A DNA stretch of 64,000 nucleotides, taken from positions 22,627 through 86,626 of the forward strand of contig CAWFAJ010000001.1 in the NCBI GenBank assembly GCA_963813785.1, written 5' to 3'. The translations under genes were made by a program, and so were the position numbers. Under the pieces are notes generated by a model, which worked only from the letters and a program-made list of their open reading frames with translations, was not told the origin of the DNA and did not search any database. The first letter of the stretch is position 1. Every line of letters starts with the position of its first letter. Below are positions 1 through 9,362 of this stretch, piece by piece. This DNA comes from an uncultured delta proteobacterium (GTDB lineage: Bacteria; Desulfobacterota; Binatia; Binatales; Binataceae).

Positions 1-768
<768 letters not shown>

Positions 769-775
769 TCATGCT

Positions 776-1432
776 TCAGTCATTTTCAATGTCGGAGGCA
801 TCGATTTCGCCTCCCTTTCGCTTTCCAGATTCGGTCACGCTCTCCTTCGCAACGGACACGCGGGCCGGACGCAAGGTCCGGTCACCGATCAGATAGCCGC
901 GATGAAATTCATCGACGACGGTGTTCGGCGGATGAACCTGCGAGGTCACGTGATCGACGGCCTCATGCCGATTGGGATCGAACGCCTGGCCGACCGATTG
1001 CAGCGGTGTCACACCTTGCGCACGCAGGAAATCGATCAGCGCCCGCACCGTCATCTCGACTCCATCGACGATCGTCCTGGCGTCATTGCCATCGCGGGCG
1101 GCTGCGAGCGCGCGCTCGAGGTTGTCGATGATCGGCAGCAGGTCGCGGAGGATCGCCTCGCGCTGGATGCGGATCGATTCCTCGCTCTGCTGGCGGATTC
1201 GCTTGCGCGCGTTTTCAGAGTCGGCGAGCGTGCGAAGATACTTGTCCTTCAGCTCGGCGATTTCCTTGTCTTTGTCGGCGATCTGCGCGCGCAACGAATC
1301 CAGCTCGGTCTCGATCCCCGCCGAGGTGTGGCTGTTCTCGCCATGCACTGATTCAGCGCCGGTATCCACCTGATCGGCGCCCGCGTCCATGGCGGGATTT
1401 CCGTCCTGGGGTTGCTTGTGTCGCTTGCTCAT
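776..1432 (-). CDS. grpE: Nucleotide exchange factor GrpE (alternative GTG start at 1447)
   Basis: ORF track 776..1447. Coiled-coil N-terminus (LRAQIADKDKEIAELKDKYLRTLADSENARKRIRQQ) and C-terminal beta domain (FDPNRHEAVDHV...GYLIGDRTLRPARV) are typical of GrpE. Sits between hrcA and dnaK. Confidence 0.9.
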   Translation of the reverse strand: MSKRHKQPQDGNPAMDAGADQVDTGAESVHGENSHTSAGIETELDSLRAQIADKDKEIAELKDKYLRTLADSENARKRIRQQSEESIRIQREAILRDLLPIIDNLERALAAARDGNDARTIVDGVEMTVRALIDFLRAQGVTPLQSVGQAFDPNRHEAVDHVTSQVHPPNTVVDEFHRGYLIGDRTLRPARVSVAKESVTESGKRKGGEIDASDIEND

Positions 1433-1667
1433 TTGATAAAACCGCACCGGCTTTAAACGTAAGCATGATTTACGCTCGTGCCAGTGCCGGTAAGGGCGGA
1501 ATCGTTGGATTTTCGTCGATTTTGGGCCGGCGCGGTCGCTACAAATCCAGAGGAATGGGGGAGCGAGGGAAGACGGCGGCTTAGTACTCCATCAAGCGCG
1601 AGGCCGTTACACAATCCTCACCGACTGGCCGCGAGGCGAAGTCCCGCATCAGTTCCGCGAACATTGA

Positions 1668-1792
1668 GTGCAGGGGTCACCCCCTGGCCGTTGGCACGGC
1701 TTGCCAGTATTAAGAAACCGCACGCCGACGGCAGTGGCCGCGCGCGACAACGGAGCGCGGCGTTAACACTGGGTGCAGGGGTCACCCCTGCC
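1668..1792. repeat. Mosaic REP/BIME-like palindromic repeat locus A (grpE-hrcA intergenic)
   Basis: Contains an imperfect GCAGGGGTCACCCC, a GGCCGTTGGCACGGCTTGCCAG module, the GGCCGCGCGCGACAACGGAGCGCGGC hairpin and a perfect GCAGGGGTCACCCCTGC. The same modules recur at six other intergenic loci. Confidence 0.8.
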
Positions 1793-2839
1793 TTAGTACT
1801 CCATCAGGCGCGACAAGGCGCGCGCAGTGTACTCGACCAGCGGTATCACCCGGTCGTAGTCCATCCGCACCGGACCGACGATCGCCAGGCTGCCCATCGC
1901 GCTCGAACCACTGGCGTACGACGCCGCAACCACGCTCAATGACGACAGGCGCGGGTCGTAGCTCTCCGAGCCGATCGAGACGGTGAGCCCGGCGTGGGTC
2001 AGGCTGCGCTCGAGCAATTCGAGCAGCGCGGTTTTATCGTCGAGCGCGCGCAACAGCTCGCGCATCTTGTCGCGATCCGAGAACTCCGGCTGCTCCAGCG
2101 CCTGCAGGCTGCCCTCGACGTAAACCTCCGGACGCCCGGCCCAGTCCGCGATCGCCTCGCCGAGTGCGAGCGCATCGTGCATGAAGCGATCGTAGTTGGC
2201 CCGCTCCTGGCGCAGTTGCGCCTCGATCCATCTGCGCGCCTCGTCGAGCGTGCGTCCTTCGAGCGACTCGTTGAGGTAGCGCGCCATGCGATCGAGTTCG
2301 TCCTGCGAATGGTCGCGCTCGGTATCGACAATCCGGTTCTGCATCGCGCCTTTGGCGGCGACGAAAACGGCCAGCACTTGTTTGTCGCGCAGGCGCACGA
2401 AGTTGACGCGCTCGAGGATCGAGGCCTCCAGCCGCGGCGCCATCACCAGCGCCGCCTGTCCCGTCAGGATCGAGAGCAGCCGCGGCGTGTCGCGCAGGAC
2501 TTCGCCCAGGTCGCGCACCGCGGTCGAATAATGGAGCTCAATCTGCGCGCGATCCTCGAAGCCGATCCTGGTCGCAGCGGCGAGATGATCGACGTAATAG
2601 CGAAACGCCTTCTCGGTCGGGACCCTGCCCGCCGAGGTGTGCGGCTGACGCAGGTAACCGCCCTCTTCCAGCTCGGCCATCATGTTGCGGACCATCGCGG
2701 CGCGCACGCCCAGCTGATGGCGCGCGACGATCTGCGCCGAACCTACAGGCTCGGCGGTCGAGATGAACTCCTGGACCGCCGCGAGGATCAACGCGTGCTG
2801 CCGGTTCGAGAGCGTGTGGTTTTCAGATTCCTGCGTCAT
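1793..2839 (-). CDS. hrcA: Heat-inducible transcription repressor HrcA
   Basis: 348 aa. N-terminal winged-helix region LSNRQHALILAAVQEFISTAEPVGSAQIV...GVRAAMVRNMMAELEEGGYLRQPHTSAGRVPTEKAFRYYVDHL is diagnostic. First gene of the hrcA-grpE-dnaK order. Confidence 0.92.
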   Translation of the reverse strand: MTQESENHTLSNRQHALILAAVQEFISTAEPVGSAQIVARHQLGVRAAMVRNMMAELEEGGYLRQPHTSAGRVPTEKAFRYYVDHLAAATRIGFEDRAQIELHYSTAVRDLGEVLRDTPRLLSILTGQAALVMAPRLEASILERVNFVRLRDKQVLAVFVAAKGAMQNRIVDTERDHSQDELDRMARYLNESLEGRTLDEARRWIEAQLRQERANYDRFMHDALALGEAIADWAGRPEVYVEGSLQALEQPEFSDRDKMRELLRALDDKTALLELLERSLTHAGLTVSIGSESYDPRLSSLSVVAASYASGSSAMGSLAIVGPVRMDYDRVIPLVEYTARALSRLMEY

Positions 2840-3018
2840 CTCATTGGCGCTGGCGCGCGAAGTTCATTTTTCACTTTTTCACTGGCCCAACTATCCGCGG
2901 CGCAGCGCTTGTTTCAATTGTGTTACGCATCCAGCGATACATTCAAGCACCATCGTGACGCAATGGCGGCGATTTCAGCCGTGGCGGCGCGGTTTTCAGT
3001 GACGTAGGATCGATCCCG

Positions 3019-4647
3019 ATGGCGCGCAAAGCCAAAATCATCCAGCCGCGACGCCGATATATCCCGGTGGTGCCTGCTAATGCGTCGTGGTTCGAGAGCG
3101 ACAGCTACGACCGGCGCACGTGGAATGAAATCGTCGCCGACGCGCCTTCGATCGCCGATCTCGCTGAATCCGGCGAGCGGCTGGTCCCTCATTTCGGCGC
3201 ACTGGTGCAGGATCTCTTCTTCGCGTTGTTCAAGATGAATCCGGTCTTGCGCAAATCCGCCGACGTGCGCCACGCGGCCGCGCTCAACCGCACCATCCTC
3301 GAGCAAATCGTCCCGTCGGCGCCGTTCCAGGCGCTGCGATCCCGCACCGCACTGGAAGAAGACAAGGCCGCGATCGCCGCGATAGTGATGAGCGAGCATG
3401 CGCTCGAGATGATCAAATCCGAGAAGCTCATCAATCGAGGTGAGATGCTCGACTTGTGGGACCTCGCGCGCCAGGAGCAGGATCTCGAAGCGCGTGCCGA
3501 GGCGGTCAGGGCCGTCAACGAAATCCAGGAATCGAAAGACAACGAAACCGAAAACCAATCCGACTCCGGCGAAGAAAAAAACGAGCGGGCAACGAAAACG
3601 AGCAAGGAGCTCGCGGAGATGGCCGACGCGGCCGAACGCGCAGCCAAGGTCTCCGAGGCGCGGCTCAATCAGAAGTCGCGACAGTTCGAGACTCAACTCA
3701 AGGGCGCCGATCAGAGCGCGCTCAAGCGCATGCAGCTCAAGACCGCCGAGCTGGCCCGGGAAATCGATCAAGCCGCCGAGGACAGTCACGACTTCAGCCG
3801 CGAATTCGGGCAGGGCGGGCGCGTCGCGGCCGGTGCGCGCCTCGAGCTCGGGCGGCGCCTCGCGCGAAACAAAAAACTCGGCGAGCTGGCGCGGATGGTC
3901 GGGCGGTTCAAGCAGGACGCGCGCGCGCTGAAGCGCAAAACGCTCGAGCGCGGTGTCGCCGAAGCCTACGACATCGAGCTCGGCTCCGAGCTCGGACGCC
4001 TGATTCCTGCCGAGCTGCTCGCGATGCATCATCCCGTGCTCAAGCGCGATTTCCACCGCCGCGTACTCGAAGGCGCCGTCCTGCAGTACCGGCTGCGCGA
4101 CGACGATCCCAAGGGCAAGGGCCCGATGGTCGTGTGCATCGACGTGAGCTCCTCGATGCAGGGTGACAAGGAGATGTGGTCCAAGGCCGTAGCGCTGACG
4201 CTGATGGATATCGCGCGGCGCCAGCGCCGCCTGTTCCGCGCCGTCATGTTTTCCTCGGGCGACGTGAGCCTCAAGGTGCTCGACCTCAATCGCGAGCGGC
4301 GCTACCAGCCCGACTTGAACAAGGTCATCGAGATGGCCGAATACTTCCCCGGCGGCGGCACCGACTTCGAGGCTCCGATCGACGCGGCGGTCGAACTGCT
4401 TGGCGAAAAGAAACTCAAGCGCGGCGACATCGTGATTATCACCGACGGTGAATCGCAGGTCAGTCCGGATTGGCTGGCGCGGCTGCGCGAGCGCAAGGAC
4501 GAATTGGATTTTTCGATTTTTGCGGTGCTGGTTGACGTGGGCTCGGCCGAGATGTCGTCGCTGGCGCAGTTTGCGGATCGAATTACCTCGGTCAAGCGCA
4601 TCAGCGACGAGCACGCCCGCGACATCTTCGTGCAAATGCAATCATGA
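3019..4647 (+). CDS. VWA (von Willebrand factor A) domain protein, CoxE/ViaA-like, with acidic coiled-coil middle
   Basis: 542 aa. C-terminal VWA with MIDAS DxSxS (VVCIDVSSSMQGDKE) and downstream GGGTDF and ITDGES motifs. Central E/K/A-rich helical region. Confidence 0.8.
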   Translation: MARKAKIIQPRRRYIPVVPANASWFESDSYDRRTWNEIVADAPSIADLAESGERLVPHFGALVQDLFFALFKMNPVLRKSADVRHAAALNRTILEQIVPSAPFQALRSRTALEEDKAAIAAIVMSEHALEMIKSEKLINRGEMLDLWDLARQEQDLEARAEAVRAVNEIQESKDNETENQSDSGEEKNERATKTSKELAEMADAAERAAKVSEARLNQKSRQFETQLKGADQSALKRMQLKTAELAREIDQAAEDSHDFSREFGQGGRVAAGARLELGRRLARNKKLGELARMVGRFKQDARALKRKTLERGVAEAYDIELGSELGRLIPAELLAMHHPVLKRDFHRRVLEGAVLQYRLRDDDPKGKGPMVVCIDVSSSMQGDKEMWSKAVALTLMDIARRQRRLFRAVMFSSGDVSLKVLDLNRERRYQPDLNKVIEMAEYFPGGGTDFEAPIDAAVELLGEKKLKRGDIVIITDGESQVSPDWLARLRERKDELDFSIFAVLVDVGSAEMSSLAQFADRITSVKRISDEHARDIFVQMQS

Positions 4648-5147
4648 AGCCGGCCGACCGCGAAGTCGTTCTCGAGCCGGTCGATCGGCGCAATTACCGC
4701 AAACTCTTCATGATGCAGCTTCGGCCCGAGCAGACCAGTTTCGTCACGCCGCCGCGATGGACGCTCGCGCGATGCTACGTGCGTCTGTTTGGCGACCAAT
4801 TCGAGCATCTGCCGCATCTGATTCGCGCGGCAGGCGAGGTGGTCGGATACGCGACCACCGTATGCGATCCGGCCAGTACCGACGATTATTGGATCGACGA
4901 CATCATGATCGACGCGGAGCATCAGCGCAAAGGCTACGGGCGCGCCGGATTGATCGAAACGATCAGGATGATCGCCGCGCGTTATCCTCGATGCCGCGCG
5001 GTGCAGCTAACTTGCTTTCGCACCAACACCAACGCCGCGGCGCTGTACGAGAGCCTGGGCTTCCAGCCGACGGGCGGAATAGACGAGGAATTCGGCGAAC
5101 CCAACTACAAACTCTCCGGCGCCGCACTCGCGAAGTTCCGGAAGTAG
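4644..5147 (+). CDS. GNAT family N-acetyltransferase
   Basis: 167 aa. Acetyl-CoA binding motif QRKGYGRAGL followed by AAALYESLGF. The start overlaps the VWA stop (ATGA), implying translational coupling. Confidence 0.8.
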   Translation: MKPADREVVLEPVDRRNYRKLFMMQLRPEQTSFVTPPRWTLARCYVRLFGDQFEHLPHLIRAAGEVVGYATTVCDPASTDDYWIDDIMIDAEHQRKGYGRAGLIETIRMIAARYPRCRAVQLTCFRTNTNAAALYESLGFQPTGGIDEEFGEPNYKLSGAALAKFRK

Positions 5148-5170
5148 CGAATCAGCATCTCAGCAGGTTC

Positions 5171-5207
5171 AAAAAAAGAAGGGCCGGTCGTCGACGACCG
5201 GCCCTTC
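5171..5207 (-). terminator. Rho-independent terminator of the tetR/diiron operon
   Basis: Perfect 13-bp stem GAAGGGCCGGTCG / CGACCGGCCCTTC with TCGA loop (5178-5207). On the minus strand it is followed by a run of 7 T (5171-5177). Lies 27 nt past the stop at 5234. Confidence 0.7.
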
Positions 5208-5233
5208 ATCATTCACAGTGTGCTGATTGCGAG

Positions 5234-6232
5234 CTATGCGGCCGACGCCATCTGCATCACGCCGAGCTGCTGATACCACGACTCGGTGCGATCGTTGATC
5301 AGATCGATTTGCCGCAGGCATGGAATGATCGTATCGACGAACAGGAACGAGTTGAACTGCTTTTCCATGTCGTTCTCCGCCGCCGCCCACGCCGGGTTGC
5401 GATGCAGCTCGTCCTCGATGTCCTTGATCGAGATGCCAACTTCCTCGAACACATCCGTGCCCGACAGGAAGCCGTCCTTGGGTTTGCCGTCAACGACCTT
5501 GGTCACCATCATGTCGCACGCCGTGAAGGCGAAGTCCTCGAGGTCCTTCTTGTCCTTGCCCTTGAGCTTGGTGACGGCGTCGCGCAGCGCGAGCATCCCG
5601 AAGCCGATGTGGCGCGCCTCGTCCTTCATGATGTACTCGAGCAGCTCCTTGAGCAGCTCGTCCTTGGTCTCGCGCTGCATGAAACGGAACGCCGCGATCG
5701 CCAGCCCCTCGGCGACGATTTGCATCCCGACGTACTTCGGTTCCCAGCGATCGTGCTCCAGGATTGCGCGCAGCAGCCGCTCCAGCGTGGGATCGATCGG
5801 GTAGATGCGATCGAGCTTGGTGATGTATTTGCGGAAGCCTTCCACGTGACGCGCTTCGTCGAAGACTTGCGCCGCCGCGTTCATTTTGGCGTCGAGGTCC
5901 GGCACTGCGTCAACCAACTGTCCGCATACCATCAGCGCGCCTTGCTCGCCGTGCAGGAATTGCGAGAGCCGCCACGCGGCGAACTTGCGGCCGAGCTGGT
6001 ACTTGTTTTCCTCGCTGAGCGATCGATACAGCTCGGTCTGGAACATCGGCATCATGGTCATGTCCAGAACTTCCTTCTCGATCGGGCGGTCCCAGTTGAT
6101 TGTCGTCGAGACGTTCCACTGATCGCGCTTGGCATTCTCGTACAGCTTATCCATTTGCGGAAACTTCACGCTGTAGTCCCAGTGGAAAATGCTTTCGAGG
6201 TCCGAGTTAATAACAGTACGTTCGTGTTCCAT
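5234..6232 (-). CDS. Ferritin-like diiron-carboxylate protein (AurF / RNR-R2-like oxygenase family)
   Basis: 332 aa. Two E..H metal-ligand motifs (FDEARHVEGF and KDEARHIGFG) plus HGEQGA and IVAEGLAIAAF helices, spaced as in four-helix-bundle diiron enzymes. Confidence 0.65.
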   Translation of the reverse strand: MEHERTVINSDLESIFHWDYSVKFPQMDKLYENAKRDQWNVSTTINWDRPIEKEVLDMTMMPMFQTELYRSLSEENKYQLGRKFAAWRLSQFLHGEQGALMVCGQLVDAVPDLDAKMNAAAQVFDEARHVEGFRKYITKLDRIYPIDPTLERLLRAILEHDRWEPKYVGMQIVAEGLAIAAFRFMQRETKDELLKELLEYIMKDEARHIGFGMLALRDAVTKLKGKDKKDLEDFAFTACDMMVTKVVDGKPKDGFLSGTDVFEEVGISIKDIEDELHRNPAWAAAENDMEKQFNSFLFVDTIIPCLRQIDLINDRTESWYQQLGVMQMASAA

Positions 6233-6250
6233 CGTGACAATCCTCCAGAT

Positions 6251-6862
6251 TCAAGGGGCGCCGAGCCGTGCCGCGCGCTCGAGTCCGCCCAGGGCAAAAT
6301 TTACGGTGACGTTTTTCAGTTCCGCGTGAGAAAGATCGCCGCTGGCGAGCAGCCATGAGATCGCCTGCGACAACATCCCGACCGTGAGATGCGCAATCGC
6401 GTCGGCGCGCTCGCCGACCGCGGGAGCAAGGTCGTCGCGCAGGTCGTCGATGAATACCTCGTGGACGCGGACCATCAGATCCAGAAACGCAGGGCTATGG
6501 CCGAACACTATCCGAAACAGTTCGGGCGCCTCGGCTGCCGCGTCGAGAATCGTATCGATCGTGATTTTGAGCTTCTCGGCCGGCGTATGGACGCCCGCCT
6601 TCGCCTCGGCCAGATCGCGCCGCAGTTCAGCCGCGCCATGCTCGATCAGCTCGATAAAGATTTCGTTCTTGGTCTTGAAGTGCAGGTAAAAGGTGCCCAG
6701 CCCGACGTCGGCTTCGGTCGCGATGTCGGCGATTCGCGTCTGATGGTACCCCTTGCTCGAGATGACGCGTTGGGCCGCCTCGATCAGATCGACACGCGTC
6801 TTCTCACGGCGCCGATCGAACCGATTCGGAGCGTCGCCGAGTTCTCGATTTGCCAGACCCAC
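6251..6862 (-). CDS. TetR/AcrR family transcriptional regulator
   Basis: 203 aa. N-terminal HTH RVDLIEAAQRVISSKGYHQTRIADIATEADVGLGTFYLHFKTKNEIF. GTG start. Lies 18 nt upstream of the diiron gene. Confidence 0.9.
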   Translation of the reverse strand: MGLANRELGDAPNRFDRRREKTRVDLIEAAQRVISSKGYHQTRIADIATEADVGLGTFYLHFKTKNEIFIELIEHGAAELRRDLAEAKAGVHTPAEKLKITIDTILDAAAEAPELFRIVFGHSPAFLDLMVRVHEVFIDDLRDDLAPAVGERADAIAHLTVGMLSQAISWLLASGDLSHAELKNVTVNFALGGLERAARLGAP

Positions 6863-6934
6863 TAATGCAGGTATTAGTCGAAAATGAATCGTTAGTCAAT
6901 TACGATTACTGATTCATTACTGAATATAGATTCA
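6861..6934. promoter_or_regulatory. Candidate TetR operator array in an AT-rich leader
   Basis: Three palindromes: ACTAAT-N6-ATTAGT (6861-6878, overlapping the tetR start), AATGAATC-N20-GATTCATT (6883-6918) and TGAAT-N4-ATTCA (6921-6934). The tract is strikingly AT-rich compared with its flanks. Confidence 0.4.
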
Positions 6935-7064
6935 TAACTGAAAAGGACCTCGGAACGAGAAGATGAGCCGATTGATTAGAGAATCTCGGAATCAGCGGGT
7001 ATCTGATCAGCCAGCCAATGGCCGGGAAAGAGCCCTATGGCGTGCCGTCCGCAGAAGCGCCCGA

Positions 7065-7811
7065 TCAGTTTGCAGGCGCGCCGGATTGGTCGGGAGATTC
7101 GTCGGACGGCGCGTTTTCGGCACCGGTGTCCTGAGTCGTTTCGGGCAGAACCACCGGCTCGGGGAAATCCGACGTGACGTTGCAGCACAGCAGGTAACTG
7201 CTGCCCGCCCGGGGTTGAGCGTTGTAGGCCTGAAGCGACCCGTCGGCGAGCACCTTGACCGCCTGGTAACTGGTCGAGCCCGACTGACGCTCGATCTGAA
7301 AGACATAGTAAGCGCCGCGATCGAGCGGCTCCGGCGGTCCTTCCTCGGGAAGAATCTGCGTGAAGTGCGCGGGCACTTTCGCGTACTCGATATTCTTGAG
7401 CGTGTACTTGGCCGCACCGACGCCGGTGATCGAACCAAATGTGCCTTCGTCGGCTTTGAACTCCCAGATCGGAACACCGCCATCGAATCGCATCACCGAC
7501 TCGGTATGCGACGCGTCACGCAGATGGTTGGCGATCACTTCGGCGCCGAAGTACTTGATTACCGTCGCGCGTGCGAGCGCATCGCCGGGGCGCCGGTAGC
7601 TGATCGCGACGTTGGCAACCGGAGGCGGCAGCGGTTCACCCTCGTTGGCGTAGGCCGCATCGTCAAGGTCGGTGTCGTCGCCGGAACTCCATAGCGACTT
7701 GACGTACGAGCATCCCTGCGCCGCCAGCGCGAGCGTCAAAAGCAGCGCGACCGGCCACAGCATCAGCCGGCGTTCACGCCGCGGTGTGCGATCGAGAATC
7801 CTCATCGCCAC
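7065..7811 (-). CDS. Hypothetical exported lipoprotein
   Basis: 248 aa. Signal sequence LMLWPVALLLTLALAAQGC with a lipobox-like AQGC, and an acidic, Pro-rich C-terminal tail. No family recognised. Confidence 0.55.
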   Translation of the reverse strand: MAMRILDRTPRRERRLMLWPVALLLTLALAAQGCSYVKSLWSSGDDTDLDDAAYANEGEPLPPPVANVAISYRRPGDALARATVIKYFGAEVIANHLRDASHTESVMRFDGGVPIWEFKADEGTFGSITGVGAAKYTLKNIEYAKVPAHFTQILPEEGPPEPLDRGAYYVFQIERQSGSTSYQAVKVLADGSLQAYNAQPRAGSSYLLCCNVTSDFPEPVVLPETTQDTGAENAPSDESPDQSGAPAN

Positions 7812-7886
7812 CTCGATAGTCGAGTCGTACCGGAAATTGCAACCGCTTTGTAAGTAGGCATGTCTATCGGGTAGTCTCTGCGACCT

Positions 7887-9266
7887 GTGGCAAACCGGGA
7901 TTTGAGCGAGAAGATTGGCCTTCGTCCCCTGTTAATCTACGCGCAGGCGCAGACCGGCCTCAACCTGTGCGCGACCCTGCTCGGGCTTCACCTTCTCTAT
8001 TTTTATACCGATCGCAAGGGGCTCTCTCCATCGCTGGCCGGACTTGCATTCTTCCTGGCGCTCGTGATCGACGCGCTGACCGACCCGCTGGTTGGCAATA
8101 TATCCGATCGCGCGCGCTTCAAGTCGGGAAGGCGCCGGCCGTTTTTTTTCGCGTCGATTCCGATGGCGGTCTGCTACTACCTGCTGCTGTCGCCGCCGCA
8201 ACTGCTGGGCGCGGGGCTGTTTGCGTGGTTCATCGGTTTCTACTTCCTGATGCTCACGTCGCGGAAGTTCTTTGAAACCGCGTACGGCGCGCTGATGCCG
8301 GAACTCACGCTCGACTACGACGAACGCACCAAGCTCTCCACCTTCCGCCAGTTGCTCGGCACGGTCGGCGACATCAGCGGAGCGCTGTTGCCGTTTGCGG
8401 CTTCGTACCTGTTCGCGCGCGGCACTGATTTCAAAGTCACCGGCGCGGTCTGCGGCCTGGTGGTCGCCGGTGGCGCGATGCTCGCGTACGCGGGTCTTCG
8501 CGAGCGCGCCGAATTTTCCACCCGCGAGCGTTCCAGGCTGTTCGCGTCGCTCAAATCGGTCGCAGGCAATCGGCCGTTCGTCATTCTGCTGATCGCCACC
8601 ACGCTGGCCGTGATGGCGATCAACATTCCGACCGTCCTGATGCGCTTCCTGGCCAAGTACTGGTATCACGACGAGAACGCGGCGGCGCGATGGTTGATGG
8701 CGTACTTCGTCGGCTCGGCGGTCTCCTATCCGTTCTGGTTCAGGATCACGGTCAGGTTCGAAAAGAAGCCGGCCTTTGTGGTCGCGATGATCTGCAACGC
8801 GATCGGCTCGCTGCTGTTGATGCTGCTGACCCGGCAAAGCACTTGGGCGCTATATTTTTTGATGGCGTTCAGCGGATTCTCGGCGATCGGGATTTGGGTC
8901 ACGCAAATTTCGGCGTCGGCGGACGTGATCGAATGGGACCAGGAGCGTACCGGCCAGCGCCAGGAGGGCGCGTACGGCGGAATCACCTCGATGTCGATAA
9001 AGATGGCGCTCGCGGTTTCGCTGCTGCTGGTCGGCCCGGTCCTGACCTGGGTCGGTTACAAGCCCGGCGTTGGCGGGATCACGGAGCAAGCGGGGGAGAA
9101 TCTGCGCGCGCTCTTTGCGCTCGGTCCCGCGTCGCTCTACTTGCTCAGCGCGCTGGTTTTCTCGCGCTATCCAATCACCCGCGAGAGCCATCGCGCGATG
9201 CGCGATCGGCTCGCCGCGCGCAACGCCGCCGCCGAACAAGAAGAAAAAGCAAAATCCATCGCGTAA
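7887..9266 (+). CDS. MFS transporter, glycoside-pentoside-hexuronide (GPH/MelB-like) family
   Basis: 459 aa with about 12 hydrophobic segments. GPH signature DALTDPLVGNISDRARFKSGRRRPF after TM2. GTG start. Confidence 0.85.
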   Translation: MANRDLSEKIGLRPLLIYAQAQTGLNLCATLLGLHLLYFYTDRKGLSPSLAGLAFFLALVIDALTDPLVGNISDRARFKSGRRRPFFFASIPMAVCYYLLLSPPQLLGAGLFAWFIGFYFLMLTSRKFFETAYGALMPELTLDYDERTKLSTFRQLLGTVGDISGALLPFAASYLFARGTDFKVTGAVCGLVVAGGAMLAYAGLRERAEFSTRERSRLFASLKSVAGNRPFVILLIATTLAVMAINIPTVLMRFLAKYWYHDENAAARWLMAYFVGSAVSYPFWFRITVRFEKKPAFVVAMICNAIGSLLLMLLTRQSTWALYFLMAFSGFSAIGIWVTQISASADVIEWDQERTGQRQEGAYGGITSMSIKMALAVSLLLVGPVLTWVGYKPGVGGITEQAGENLRALFALGPASLYLLSALVFSRYPITRESHRAMRDRLAARNAAAEQEEKAKSIA

Positions 9267-9362
9267 CGGTTATTCGCGATAGTTCATCGCGCCGCCGGGA
9301 AACAAAAAGGGCCGCGGGTTCATCACCCACGGCTCTCTGCCGATCAATCATAGTTGTCGCGA

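Noticed and set aside
2923-4641. 572-aa ORF antisense to the VWA gene. Similar long antisense or out-of-frame ORFs occur at 4448-6358, 23394-24923, 25389-27524, 57279-59177 and 59111-61006.
   Set aside because: These are Arg/Ala/His/Gly-rich with no motifs, which is the usual stop-codon-poor shadow frame of high-GC DNA. The opposite or alternative frames carry clear MIDAS, Walker, DUF58 and other signatures.
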